From Octopus sinensis (lineage: Eukaryota), in contig NC_043003.1 of the NCBI RefSeq assembly GCF_006345805.1, forward strand, positions 54,684,001 through 54,748,000: DNA of 64,000 nucleotides, given 5' to 3'. The stretch's first letter is position 1. The number at the start of each line of letters is the position of its first letter. The notes below the pieces were generated by a model. The model was given only the letters and a program-made list of their open reading frames with translations. It was not told the origin of the DNA and searched no databases. This document shows positions 13,405 to 28,300 of the stretch, in pieces. The position numbers and the translations under genes were made by a program.

Positions 13405-14550
13405 CCTGAGAAACTCTGAGGGCTGGATGTTAAAACTTGTCTCAAATCATGAAAATAAGAAAGCATCATACTCTGGAACAAACCAAGTAAAGGAATATAT
13501 AAGTGAATTCCAAATACAACAAATTCCAGAATTAGACGTACAAGAAACAAGCGCAGAAAAGCTAAGCGTATGAAAACCCGTGCTAAAACTGCTGCCTTAC
13601 ATATTCTTACTGATATATGGCACGAAAAACCCAAAGAGAGCTAATCATGCTGATGTTGACAAATCCCTTACCCAACAATGGTTAATGACTTCTGGCTTAA
13701 TATCAGAAACAGAAAGTTTTATCATAGCAGCCCAAGATCAATGCTTCCCTACAAGGAACTACCAGGCCAACATATTAAAGAACGGCAGCTTCCCAAAGTG
13801 TCGTGTATGTCAACAGCAAAAGGAAACCATTGATCATGTTGTTTCCATGTGCAGTCTCCTTGCGCCTACAGAGTATATCAACAGGCATGATAGACCTGCA
13901 CAATATATTCACTGCATAATTTTCAAAAGCCTGCCCCATGATAAAAACTGGTGGGAACACAAACCACCTCCAGTGCTTGAAAATGATCACATCTCACTCC
14001 TCTGGAACTTCACCATTCAAACTGACAGAAAGATAAATGCGAATGGGCCACACATTATATCGAAAGACTTCAGACAAAATTATGCCTCCTCATTGATATG
14101 ACTGTCCCAATCGATATAAATGTAACTGTCAAGACCTACTAAAAACTGAGCATGTATAAAGATCTTTAAATAGAAATTGACAAAATGTGGAACCTGAAGA
14201 ATAAAACAATACCTGTTGTCATAGGTGCCCTAGGAATAATAGCAAAAGTGTCTGATTGCTACCTCGCTCAGATACCAGGAAACCCCAAAATGGCAGAAAT
14301 TCAAAAGATAGTGCTCATGGGAACTGCCCATATCCTACGTAAAATACGGTCTATGTAATCTTAAATTTTGAAACAAACTCGTAATTTTCTTATGATTTCT
14401 TAAAAATTCTCTAAAACAATACTATATCCAAAACCAAATATATAACACCCTAGGTATAATACCAACATGAACGTCTAACTTGTCTTTTGAGGTCTCTGGG
14501 TGAAACTTGTATCCATCTTGTACAAATACTAAGCAAAAGTTAAACATATA
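13405..14550 (+). mobile_element. R4/Dong LINE 3' portion (lineage C), 5'-truncated
   Basis: ORF 13580-14101: ETESFIIAAQDQCFPTRNY..CRVCQQQKETIDHVVSMC..RHD..LLWNFTIQTDRKINAN; flanked by (TAA)n. Confidence 0.88.
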
Positions 14551-14568
14551 ATAATAATAATGATAAAA

Positions 14569-14746
14569 ATGGTTTCAAATTTTGCCACAAGGGCAGCCAT
14601 TTTGAGGAGGGGATAAGTCGATTGCATCGACCGCAATGTTTCACTGGTACTTAATTTATCGACCCTGAAACGTTGAAAGGGAAATTCGAACTCAGAACGT
14701 AGCGGCAGACGAAATACCGTTAAACATTTTGCCCGGCGTACTAACG
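14569..14746 (-). mobile_element. SINE family A
   Basis: Reverse-complement match to the family. Confidence 0.7.
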
Positions 14747-17161
14747 GCAGTGATTCTCATGTGTAAAGTAATGTTCAGTTTATGCTATATAATTTATTAC
14801 AGTTCTGTTATTAATCATTTGCACTTTAAACGATATAACATGACGTTCTTTAGGCCAATGGAGTTAAGGATTAATTATCTGTAATGGGCTTTAAAATTTA
14901 AATGATTTATTGAGCTCGTAAAATATACTATTCAAATTTGTTTTTAAATGCAAAATATATGTTGATATCTCCTGTAACATCCGAAATTCAAAAGTATCAA
15001 ATTTATTTACTTTATAAATATGAGTTTTGTTCGTATATACTGATGACTGAATTAAAGTGTAATATTATTTTACGATTGATTTTGAATTATGGAAACATAA
15101 ATAAAAGTTGTATATTTTACTTTATTGGTGTAATAGTTTTTACGAAGAGTGTCATCAGTTGCCACAGGTAATGTATGACGTATGAGAGATATATAATCTT
15201 CTCTGTCGTCTTTATGAAGATCACTGAAAATATTTTTTTTTATAAATTTCAGATTTACTCATATTTATCCCCTTAATAAAGACGACACAGTAGCATATTT
15301 CGCCATCACGCACACCATAAATTACTTCGAATCAACTCAAAATAAATTCTCATGAAACATTAACTACACTTTAATCAACACCACCGAAACCAAATTAGGC
15401 AATGTGCAATCATATTTCAGTTTCAATTATGTTTAGGATAAGATGCGTAATTCCTTTCTCAGTGTGGAACAATAGTATATCCGTAATATAATGATTTAAT
15501 GGTATTAACGATATATAATACTTTAAATTAACTCTGCGTGATATTATTGAATTTTATCCTACCATAACTAAATCTCTTAAAGCTTTAGTTTTCGCCAGCA
15601 GCATCGAACAAATCAGTGAATTTTATATTAAGATAATTTTGCACAGAAAGAAAACCCTTTCGTTTTTTTGACAACTCATCCTCAGGGAAAAAAGAAACCT
15701 AGATGAATTGACTCGTATTTCTATGGGATAAAACATTGCAACGGAAATATGCAAAATTATTAGAATTTGTGTCTTGAACTATTTGCATAATATGATTTTT
15801 ATGTTGGAAGATTGAAACAGAGATGCCCTTTTAGTTATGACGAATATATGATTTCGAATTTCAAAGTAAGACATCCCACAAAATTAGATAGTGAATAAAA
15901 GAGAAAGAATTAAGCTTCATAGCTGCCTTAATACATTAATGTTTTGCGTATTACCTTAAGTTAACATAAGAGTATCTTCTGCATACACCGAAAAGCAAAT
16001 GAAATACTGTTTAAATAAGAAAACTGATCATATACCACCTAATATTCACTCCTTAACATTAGTAAACATATATCCTACATTATATTAGGATGAAGCGATA
16101 TTCATTACTGTCTCTCGTTGTTGTAATAGCACTCTTCATATAAAATGCCTTTGCATATAAAATACAATTTATTACATACTTTATCTCAATCATTAAAATA
16201 GTACAACAAATATTTTATGGTCTCATCGCGGCTCCTGTTTAAAAACAGGAAAAGATAATGCCAAAGACTTCCTTAATTTAATATCTTTTGATGGGCTATA
16301 TGATTATTTTTGCAGAACCGCATCATTTAAAATAAACTATGCTTGATGGACGAATTTTGTAATCTCAGTTAATACGTTAATTTTCAAAAGACATTCGAAT
16401 AGCAGTTATGAGTTTTCCTTTCCTACCAGTAATTACATAGCTTGAAATAATTACCCACATAAACATAATTGCCTCTCAGAAGCTGTAATATATTGTATCA
16501 AACTGCAATAAGATAGTAATTGTATGCCAAATACATATCGGATTCACCAAGAATTGCGCCTCTATCAACATATTCAAGAAACAGAAATAAGATTTTATAT
16601 TAGCATTTCCAAGAGGCGAATCAACAGAAACGTTAGAACACTATATGCAATACCTTGTGATGCCTATTCTAATTTCTCAGGTTCTCTGTTCAGGTCTCAT
16701 CCAGGTTAAATTTACGTTTCAGCGTTCCGGGTTCCATAAATGTAAAACACCATTATGGTGGTGGACTCTCAGAATCTTTAGAGAGTAGGACGGCATGTCA
16801 TGGTGATATTTGCTCCATTTTGCGCTCAGAATCCAAATCTCGTCGTGAATTTGATATCCGTTAGAAGTATCCGTCTCTAGCATAAATACCACCAACTTGT
16901 GTCTTCTTTGGTTCGCTATAGCTCAGCGAGCTCTTTTGCAAGAATTCGAGTTAGATGTCTAGTTTCAGAGTGCCCTGTTCCATCTTGTGACGTTGGCCCT
17001 ATAAAAGATTATGGACACTACTATTTTTTTAATAAGAAAACACCCTCGGCGATATTGCAAATGCTAAGTCGAACAAGAAGCTACAAACTTGAAAGTCAAC
17101 TTTCGTTTCGAATTGTTTCTGAAAATCATGTGTAAATTAAACATTAGTTTATTTTAAGACA

Positions 17162-17305
17162 TACTCTAATGCTTCACTATACGAGTTAATTCATTCCCGC
17201 AGAACACTAGTAAAGCGAACACTCTTAAACAGAATATAAAACTCGCAAAAGCGCGTAAACGCGTGGCCTCGTAAAGCAGATTTCGTAAAGTGAGGTATTA
17301 CTGTA
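17162..17305. mobile_element. pogo/Tigger-like MITE remnant
   Basis: Right end TTCGTAAAGTGAGGTATTACTGTA with a degenerate inverted left end TACTCTAATGCTTCACTATACGAG. Confidence 0.4.
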
Positions 17306-17916
17306 CTTACAAAAGGACTAAACGAGAGATCTCGAATGTTTGAAAGTGGGTATGCTTTAAATCAAATGAATTCTTCATATGTATCTTCAAATGAAGCATT
17401 TAGCTGTCAGAATCTTTACAGAAAAGGGTAACTGCCCTTGGGGAATTCATCTTGGATCTCTCGTGCCTGGTCAAAATTAATTTTGTTTCCACAGTCACAA
17501 ACTTAGAGGTAAAAAGAACTGGAGCTTATTGATGTTCTCTCGCTTGTCATTCTCCATTCCGCTCTCTATCAGAACGAAATCGATTGTCTTCATCTCTGTA
17601 GAGAAGAGAGTATCACTAGAACTCCAGTGAGAGTCGAAGTTCGAAGACATAAATGGATGGCACTCCAAAATAGAGACCGAATAGGTTTAAAACTATTTTT
17701 TAACTTATGTGTTATTCCCCATTAAATTTTAAATATCCTTTTAAAGTTAAATCATTTTCTCCTATTTTATTCGCATAGAGCTTGTGATGATATTCAAATA
17801 TTTGCAACCAATGTACATTATATACCAAATTTAATGTAACATTTTTCGTAATCGATCGAAAACGGCAATTACAATAATTAAAAGCGATGATTTGTATAGA
17901 ATTGGCACCTGTAATA

Positions 17917-18013
17917 TACGAGGGTGTATGAAAGTTTTTGAGCCTTGAAGTCTTGTACCTTCATCAGAAGTCTTGTTTTTTTGAGGCTTAAGACTTTTCA
18001 TACACCCCTCGTA
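17917..18013. mobile_element. Mariner-type MITE
   Basis: ~29-bp TIRs TACGAGGGTGTATGAAA...TTTTCATACACCCCTCGTA with TA at both ends. Confidence 0.75.
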
Positions 18014-18100
18014 TCATATAACTTTACTTTGGCTATCGAATACTCGCTTTTGTTCTTCTTGCCGCTTAACTGTTCATACTTACACATGCACATGCTTATA

Positions 18101-18343
18101 TACAGGGTAGCCAAATATCACCCGACAGTAAATCAAAATTTCATAAATACTATCTGTAATACTATATTGATTCAAATGGAAAAATGTGTCGCTAGAGAAG
18201 AATTTCTGTTTGAACAATTTTCGCAATGTTTCTTATTTAGATGCTTTTATTAAATTCATACAGCTGTTAAACATTAAACATAAATATATCTTGGAATTAA
18301 ATGGTTTTAATTTACTAGCAGGTGAACTTTGGCCAACCCTATA
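18101..18343. mobile_element. Tc1/mariner-type MITE
   Basis: Imperfect TIRs TACAGGGTAGCCAAATATCACC / GGTGAACTTTGGCCAACCCTATA. Confidence 0.55.
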
Positions 18344-18379
18344 TATATATCTGTGCGCGTGTGTATGTGCGTGTGTTAA

Positions 18380-18457
<78 letters not shown>

Positions 18458-20346
18458 GTGCGTGTGTGTATGTGCGTGTGTTAAAACATATATATATATA
18501 TATATTGAAGCACAATAAAAGTTTAATTACCTATACAGAGAGTATTGAACATTATATTTAATACTCAGCTGCAAGGTAACTACATAAGCGGTGGCTTATA
18601 TATATTTTATTTATTATAATGATAAAATGAGAGAATAGAAAAGTAACTAATAAATTATTATTTATTAATTTTTAAAAAATGACAAACATCACTTAGAACT
18701 GTTTCAATTAAGGCTCTCAAAAAATTTATTAATCAAATTAAAAATTATTTGAAAGTCGAATCTCTTGTGGTATAGAAAATGGGTATTCAATTCCTTCATG
18801 TTGAGGAAACGGCTTTGTATACCTTTATCAGCACATGAAGAGATTCGATTTTAAATAACTTTTAATTTAATCAATAAATTTTGTAAGACCCTGAATTGAA
18901 ACAGCTGTAAGAGATATTTGACAATTTTTTTTAATAAATAATTTTTCAATTACCTCTCCATTCTCTCATCGTATATATATACACTCATATATGTACACAT
19001 ACATACACACATATATATTATTCAGATTATGATGCGGTTAAGATAGCAATACGTCTCCATATATTTACTACAATATGTCTTGCACAGGATGCGATCGTAA
19101 CAAACTGGATACATAACATTTTTTTGTGAATGTGTACATTCCCAAGAAATACAATTTAATTTATAAAGCCCACAGCTGGTGTACGGAATTCCATTGTGTA
19201 TATCGAAAGATATACAAGCAGGGTTTCTTTTTATAAGGTATAATGGATTATAGTCATTTTATTTTACTTTTTGCAAATTGCGTCCTACAACCCATTAAAA
19301 GTCATTTTTAAAGACACAAAAAAAGTCCTGCTTTGCTTACTCGTAGATTACAATATCACATAAGAGAAAATGAGAACGGAAGAAATAAATGAAGAGAAAC
19401 CTTTGCATAATAACCAACGTACTCTAGACAAAAATTGCGAATCTAGCAACCTAGTGGAACACACTATTTTCCCCACTAATGTTTTTCAGTCATTTTATGT
19501 ATACAAATTTCGTTATATGTTTTCTCATGTAATGAAATATTTGAAACCATAATATCATTTTGTTTCCATTTACATTGTATCTATTAGTTCACATGACAAA
19601 AAGCATTTACGTGGTCGTACTACTTGCTATAAGTAACTATTTTTTTCAACCACACAGTGTATAGGATAATGTACAATGAATGCCTTTGATTGTAGAATCT
19701 GATCAACTCGAATTGAAGCAGATGGAGTAGAACTAATATGCCAAACAGCAATGTGCCAGCAAGAGAGATAGTATATAAGTGGTGAGGAAGCACATTGGTA
19801 ACTAATGTACAGCATATGCTAATGTTCCAGATGACCCCTCATTTTCATAAAACTCAATAGAAAGGAGTCTAGTAAGAAGGAAATTCAAACTTTACAATTA
19901 TTTCAAGAGTATTAATTAAAATTTTGCTGCATTGAAATATCAGTAAAATGGTTTTAGATAATACATAAAGATTAAACTTCTGATTTAAATGCTAGGTCTT
20001 GGCAGAAAGAACGCTGGGAATTGGAAATAATAAGGAAATTTCATATCGTCAAAGGTCACATACGAATTCTATTATTGAATTCAATAACATTTCTTATATT
20101 CGGCCTCCTGTGGGAGTTTGAATTTGTACTTAACAGGAACTATCAGGTTTTATTTTGGGAATGTTTCGCTTTTGGAACGATTCGTTACACATCAAAACCA
20201 TACAACATTTTACAATATCGATTCAGCTTGCCAAGAATATATATTCATAAACCTGCATAAACCAATGCACGATCATCTATATAGTCGCTTGAGCATCTAG
20301 AAACATTAGCAAACTCTCTTTCAAATCACATCCTACATTCTTCGTA

Positions 20347-20537
20347 GGAGTGGCTGTGTGGTAAGTAGCTTGCTTACCAACCAAATGGTTCCGGGTTCAG
20401 TCCCACTGCATGGCATCTTGGGCAAGTGTCTTCTACTACAGCCTCGGCCCGACCGAAGCCTTGTGAGTGAATATGGTAGACGGAAACTGAAAAAAGCGCG
20501 TCATATATATATACATATATATATATGCACACCCACG

Positions 20538-20583
<46 letters not shown>

Positions 20584-20830
20584 GTGTGTGTGTGTGTGTG
20601 TGTGTGTGTATGCTTGTGTGTCTATGTTTGTTCCCCCAACTTCGCTTGACAACCGATGCTGGTTTGTTTACGTCCCCATAACTTAGCGGTTCGGCAAAAG
20701 AGAACGATAGAATAAGTACCGGGCTTACAAAGAATAAGTCTTCCAGTCGGTTTGCTCGACTACAATCGGTGCTCCAGCATGGCCACAGTCAAATGACTGA
20801 AACAAGTAAAAGAGTAAAAGTAAAAGAATA
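20347..20830 (+). mobile_element. SINE family B, near-intact
   Basis: Head, CORE-like CTTGGGCAAGTGTCTT, internal microsatellite, (GAGTAAAA)n-type tail. Confidence 0.85.
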
Positions 20831-21322
20831 ATGTTAGTGGGGAGTCTTTTGTACATTCGAAAAAGAGGAAATAATTGAAAGTATGGCTAATTTCGTCATG
20901 AATCTCGACGATCATGATCCTGCAGGACAACATGTTTCCTCCCTCGTTATTTATCGTTAAAAATTTTGGAAATATTTGTAAACGAACAAATGACCGCAAA
21001 TCTTTTAAACATGAAGAACATTGCATTGAAATCAATGAATATTCAAATGTCTTAGATAAATCCATTTATATTCCACAGGTATAGACAGACAGATAGACAG
21101 ACAGACAGACACACATACACACACAAACACATGTACGCACACACACGCAAGAACACCGCCAGACATCCATAAATACGTATATGCATACATACGCACATAC
21201 ATATGCATATACATACATATATATATATAAATCCTTAATCCTTAAAAATGTTTTAGCCCGAAGGCCGCGGCCATATGGGGCACCACCGCTGATATATGTA
21301 TATATATATATATTATATATAT

Positions 21323-21369
<47 letters not shown>

Positions 21370-21385
21370 GTATATATATATAATT

Positions 21386-23114
21386 TCATCTTTCTCGTCA
21401 AACCAGTCTTGGTCCTTCTTCGAGCAATGCCGATCGATGGCAGCGGTCATGGCTTCATGAAGGCTGGTCCAGCGAACCTCAATGGAGGTTATCTCTGAGA
21501 AGTCCATCAGGTGTCTCTCAATGGAGTCCTTGAAGTCTTGGGATGCTTGTGAGTTCCGGAGTTTGGCGCAGTCGAAGCCTCGGCAACTGATGTTTGCTGA
21601 GGCCCACCTTGGTGGGCAGCAGATCTTAATGTCAAGGCGAGAAATAAGAAGGCGGTGATCCGTCCAGTAGTCATCAGCACCAGCCATGAGGCATGGAGCG
21701 GGTGATGCGCACGACTCGTCTGTCCCTGGATCTTGTCAGAACGTAGACGAGGATGTGCCAGTGTTTAGACCGTGGGTGTTTCCATGTCGTTTTTTGTCGT
21801 GTAGGGAGACGAAATAGGGAGTTGTTGATGACGAGTTCGTGCTCGGTGCAAAGGCCTAGTAGGCGCTGTCCATTGGTATTGCATTTCCCAATGCCGTGAT
21901 GACCAGAAATGCCATTCTACACACAATGGTCACTGCCGATTCTGCCGTTAAAGTCCTCCAAAACGACGAGTTTGTCATGCACGGAGATTTTTTTGATGGT
22001 GCGGTCCAGCAGGAGGGAGAATGAATCCTTGACATCGTCTTCAGATGCTAGGGTAGGAGCGTAAACACAGATATTGGCGTAAGGAATCTGTCCCGAATAC
22101 GTGGGATCCGAACAGACATCAGACGCTTACTGACGGCAGTTGGGATGAGTCTGTGTAGGTCCACGAGTTACATTTTAATAGCAAGGCCAACTCCATGGCT
22201 GCGTGATTCATTAGGATTCTTCTCCTTCCAAAAGATCGTGTATTTGGAGCCAGCTTCTCTGATGCTGCCTGCTCCGGGGAGCCTAGTCTCGTTCAAAGCT
22301 GTCACTTTGAAGAGGGCAAGTTCATTGCAGACGCGGGCTGTACGTCGCTCTGATCAATTAATATCAGTCATGTCCTGGAGAGTACGGATGTTCCAAGCCC
22401 CGAAGGTGATAGGTTGTGAAACAGAGGATTTAGTAGAGTTCCGACCGCTAAGTGTGAGGTCCGCCAGCTGAGGTATGCTGGCCAGATCGAGTTACCATGT
22501 CCGATGTTTACCCACTTTTTCTAGGGGGCTTTCCCTCGAGGGGTGGGTTGCGGTAATCCTAAAGATCCAGCCTAGTCACCTGTCTAGCTGCCGAACTGCA
22601 ATGTCACAGCTTTTCATTGGAGAGCGACCATCTGAGATTCGCCGCCAGTGTGTGGTCATGGACGAGAAGCTTCCATCTTTCCAGACTTGCCTCCAGTTCC
22701 CACGATACCATCGACATTGGGCTTTTTGAGACAAATTAGAAAGACGAATCCATTCGCTGTGTAAATTGTTTGAGGTGATCATAGCTGCGCAACGACCGCG
22801 TGCACGCACTTGGCATGGAATTTCTCCACTGTGGCACAAGAAATGAGACGAGGCTGGTTTCAGCGAGCTACCGGAGTCTATTCGCTTTTGTCACGCCTGC
22901 CCGTCAGGCGTTACCTTCGTCTGCTGAAATTTATCCTTGGTGGCTTGAGATACCATTCTCTGCTTGCTCCGCCGTTGGGGTCTTGATATTAGTGTTTGGT
23001 CGAGTTTAGTCGACCGTGCCGTCATGGGTGGCCCTATCAGGAGTCTAAGACTCGAGATAATATAGCTCCCGTTATCATTGAAACACACATGCTCTTCCAC
23101 CAAGACAAGAGACG

Positions 23115-23116
<2 letters not shown>
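21386..23116 (-). mobile_element. RTE/BovB-like LINE: 5' UTR + AP-endonuclease + linker; RT and 3' end missing
   Basis: [84 protein letters not shown], with stops and frameshifts; bounded by (TA)n on both sides. Confidence 0.9.
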
Positions 23117-23175
<59 letters not shown>

Positions 23176-23925
23176 AGTAAATTAACAGAAATAGTTTGAA
23201 GCACCAATACAAAGTTAAGAGAAAACGTTGAATTGTGAATGAAAACACGAGCCTAGTTGCAGTTAAATTAATTGGTACTTCAGATCCTTCGCAGAAAAGT
23301 TTTGTCCACAAGTATCTATGGAAATTTTGTATAGAAATACCGCGTATAGAGATTGCAAGTACCAGCATATAAAAATGAACACACATTTGAAGCCAGATTG
23401 AGAGCAATGCTTTACATTCAGCGTTAGATGTTATCTATCTTTTGTGTTTCACCAGCTTTCGGTCAGTCATTACGAAAGCAGTAATCTGAAAAGCCAGTAC
23501 AAATAAATCATTAGAACTTTCTCTATCATCGCCCGCCAAAATCACAAGTAAGAAAACAACCTTAACACAAATAAAAGAAGACAGCTGACACATTTGACAA
23601 CATTCTCTTACAAAATGGATTCTACAATTCAAGGCAGTTTTTTCACCCCGCACAATACGTGCGTACGGTCAGATCAATGCTCATATTCCTGACAAAATAC
23701 AAATTAATATATATAATTCCTTTGCTTAGTTCTTAGCGAATCTACTGACTTAGAGGTTAACCCAAAATATGTAGGATTTGTGTCCTAAGCACGAAAACTG
23801 TAGATGGGAGAGATGCTGAAATTAACTGCATTAAATGAAACAAATATAAGCAATATTCTTGATATAGCAACACGAGTTTTCATTTGTCTTTAATAGATCG
23901 TTTTTAATATTTGTCTCCATATTAA

Positions 23926-24110
23926 GGCAGCGAACTGGCAGAATCATTGGCACGCCTTAGCAGCATTTTGTCTGTCTTTACGTTTTGAATTTAAATGCCA
24001 CCGTGGTCGACTGTCTTTCATTGTTTCGGGATCAATGAAATAAACACCGGTAGAATATTGGGATCAATGTAATCGATTTGCCCCCACCCCTAAATTGCCA
24101 TTCGTCTACG
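23926..24110 (+). mobile_element. SINE family A, diverged
   Basis: GGCAGCGAACTGGCAGAATC head and degenerate body. Confidence 0.6.
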
Positions 24111-24315
24111 AGAATTTGGTACCAAGATTAGGCAAATAGCGATTATTAAAGACTTCCTTATTTAACTTCTTTTACTCAAGTGTTGATAGTTTAATTTGAC
24201 GCAACTAAAATGGAAATTTGCATAGTTTTGTTGAGATTCAGAAATTCATTATGGTATTAACATAGTTTAAATCATCATAGATAAAGATCTACAAAACCTC
24301 AGTGTACATATTTTA

Positions 24316-24464
24316 CAGGCGCGGTTCTAGGAATTTTTCGAAGAAAGGACAAAAGGTCAGAAGGGAATTTCTAGGAAAAAATAGGCGTAGTAACATTATT
24401 TAGAAGGAGGCACTCCTTTCTTGAGTGGGACACGTGCCCCTCAGGCCCCCTCTTGGTGCCCCTG
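24316..24464. mobile_element. Possible GC-rich Harbinger/hAT-like MITE
   Basis: GC-rich island starting CAGGCGCGG and ending GTGCCCCTG in AT-rich context; TIR weak. Confidence 0.3.
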
Positions 24465-25331
24465 CTTTGTGATTACTGAAGCTAAAACAATTTAATAGAG
24501 GTTGATGCAATCTTCTGACTTACCAGTACTTGTGATACCATCCGAACCATGACAGCCAGGTAAACGGATTAAATGGTGAAGATAATATATTTCCACATAC
24601 TTATCTAAAATTCTGAAAAATGTATAATGCAGCAATAAAATTCAATACTTAAATATACTCAAGCTTTCAGGCTCGGAAATGTCTATACTTCATCGTATAT
24701 AACGTTTACGTCATGTAAATTTAACTCTCCCTCTTATATATGTTAACTTTGAACATTTAATAGATAGCAGACCAACCCCATTGAAATAATACCTTAACTT
24801 CTTCAAAAAGAGACATACATTAGATAATGAAATATTAGCTTGAAACTGCAGAAGAGATGTGCACGGCTGGAATCCATTTGATAATGTTACTATTACTATA
24901 TTATTTTGGCTTCTTTCACATAGTTTCCTAGTTTTTTAACAATCAGGAACGAGAAAAATTACACTATAAGAAGAATTACGAATGACGCATACCAATTTTT
25001 ACTGTCTTTTTATAGTGACCAAATTCAATACTGTTTTAATTTCGTTTCGTTTATACAGTTTCCAAGTATCATTGTGGCAGGAAAAAAAAATTGAATTCTA
25101 TCATCAAAAGAAATCTAAATGCTGCGCTGGGTATAACACACCAACATTTTACTGTCTGCTTATGGTGCCCAATAGCAATACTTTTCTATTGTATTTTATG
25201 TATGTCTGTAATCGATAAACCGATAAGAAATAAAATATTGGTAACCTGCAACAAAGCAATTTTGACTTTTACTAGAATTAAAATCTCTTTCCACTACCAT
25301 TAATAATAATAATAATAATAATATAATAATA

Positions 25332-25370
<39 letters not shown>

Positions 25371-28300
25371 TAATGATAATAATGATAATAAAGTTACAAA
25401 AAAAGCCCCAAGGTGGTGTAGTGTGTACGTGAGTGAAGGATAATTTAAAGAAAAGTTTTTTTCATTGAAGATAATAGAAATTTAAACAAAATATAAAAAA
25501 TATAATAAACATTAAAAAATCTAATGGAAATAAAGGAAGTTAATCAAAAATACATGAATCCAGTCGATTTATTTATCTATACATGTTCTTTGTTTAATCT
25601 TAGCAATCTAATCTTTTTATAGAAAAGATTAGAGAGCAGTATCAACAACTATAACAACTAAAATAACAGCAAGGAAAACAACAATTGCAATATATATATA
25701 CAACAGAAACAGCAACAAGTTTTCAGCCTAGAATGGAGACAACAGCAAAACAGTTTCTACATACGAGAAAGAATATAAGAGAGCAACAACTATAACAGCA
25801 GTAATAGAAATAACAGCAAGAGTAATAACAACTAAACTATCGAGGATATGAACAGAGAAAATAGTGTGTATAGAATAAAGTAGAAAGGAAATAATCACCG
25901 ATACTAATTTTAAAAGCAGTAGCAACAGTAAGGATACCAAAAAGAATATCAGTACTAAAATAATAAATACAACAGGTACTTCGTATTTGTTTGATATGCT
26001 TTATATAACAGCCGATTTTTCTTCAGTCCTATATTGGTGTTTTAAAATTGATATTTCAGATTAAAATGGGTAACGCAGCATTAGAATCATGAGTGTGAGA
26101 ACAAAAATTATAAATCTATGGTCATGGAGCACACATTTTGATAATTTTGCTTATTTGAGCAACAATGAGTGCTAGAACGACGATGCAAGCGAAAACGAAC
26201 ATGACGAGAACGGTATTGGCTTATACAATAACATGAACAACATAATACAATACGTAACAAAAACAACAAAAACAGACATGAAATACAAAGAAGGGATACG
26301 GGTGGAACCAACAAAATGTGCAAAAAATCATCAACATAATAAAAATAAATGTTATTGTTGATGTAGATCCAGATAAATCTTGATTTACGAATTTATACTC
26401 AGAGGCGATTCAATCTCGACTACCGCTATCTTTCATTTGTTAGATAAATTTATTCAGCCTCGGAGGTAATGAAAATTTTAAATTCTTTTCATGCATTTAC
26501 ACTTTTGCATTCTCGAGGAAATTTTTTTGTTTTACAAATAGATATTTTTAATTCCTTGCTGAAACTAAATTCAATGTTTACATTACTGAAATCAAACAAA
26601 CAAGATAATATGCAGTTTAGTATTTAAATCTTTGTGAGATATGATTGATCGCAGAACACAATCTAAAATGTATCTAATTTAGTTTTAAGAAGGGTTATCG
26701 ATATTATTACTAGCAGGTAAAGTAGCTAGGCAGAGATTCTCGCATACGTACCGTGATAGTTTTACGTTAGTAGAAGCTAAGAAAATTATTCGAAAGTTTA
26801 GAACAGTTGACGTAGTTGAGCGTAGTATTTCACCGGAATTTATTTTAAGGACTACGGAATATAAAAATCAAATCAAATTAGACGGTTCGGATTTAATTCA
26901 AAATATAAATGGAAGAATCACTAGAATATATTTTATCCGGCTTTCTATGCATTAAGTTCAATCCCTCCGCTCTACCAAGTTTACTTTGGCCTTCACCTTT
27001 CTCTAGCCCTAAAATACAAAACATATATTCAAGGTGATGGAATGGTGGAACTGATATGGTATTTCTTCTGAATATTTCTATGGCAGACAATCTGACACAT
27101 GCTTTACTGCCACAAATAGACCCATGGTTAACTTTAGCATCTCTTCTATATCTCTCGTTTGACGATAAATCCGTCACTTTCTCGGCCAAATTCGTAAGTC
27201 CTGAAAACATTAAAGATTGGTGCATTTTACTTACGGACAAAATGGTCAAAGAAAAAGAACAGTAATTTTCGACTGATTCTGCCAACTTCAAATCTCAAAA
27301 TACCATATATATATTCGCAAAATTAATTAAAAAGTAAATATAGCACACATTCCCATTAATATAAATTTCCAATCTATAAATTAAGAGACAGATATAGCAT
27401 TGGGCGGATATGTTCGGGAAGAGATCACGCATGGTGATGAAACGACCAGCTGATTGACCGAAGGACTAGTCTAACAGTCCATTACATAATCGGTTAAATG
27501 GCTAACTTGTGGACTAATGATAATGGAAGTAGGGAAAAGAAGCATTGTGTGTGTTTATTATTGGCATAATAACGCTCCCAAGATACAACAAAAGTTACAT
27601 ATTGGGTTTTACATATAGTATCATGAACCCATGAAAATGGAGTGCGTGTATCCATTCTTTGAACTGGAAAGTGTGGAAGTCAAATTGAATTCTGCTGGAT
27701 TTGAAATCAGAAAGAAAAGGGGCATACGTAGATATCGCAAGGAGTCTCCCCCACCTAGTCTATAGATTACGCAACCGCTCTGCACTTTATTTTTTATGTA
27801 ATAAACGTAATACGTTCTTTCATATATTTTTTTACTTATTATTTAGAGACGAAGGCAAGAGTATGGATAAGGAAAGGCGTGAGATTTATTCTAGTTCTAA
27901 CGGCATTACTAGTAGTACAGTAATTGAATTTGGTTGATAAAACATATTACGGATTTCATGTGAAAGAAGCATACATGCTATTACGTAAAGAGAGAAAGAG
28001 TGAAAGAGGGAGAGAGAGGAGGCAATGTGAGTAGCGACATATATCAATGTGACAGAAAATATTTACTGCGTATATAGTACGTAAGTGTATTTTAAAAAAT
28101 AATGGAAGATGAAAATTTTATTATAACAAGTTCGAAGACAAAAACAGAACAACAGAGTACATTTCTTCTTGATCATCAGTTGTTCATTCATCATTGATCC
28201 GCAATGCTAAGGTACAGCCAATGTGAACCAGGCTACGTTTATCACGAGTTGATCAGTGATAAGACAGTTCAGTGATCGATCAATGATTCTGCTTGTACCG

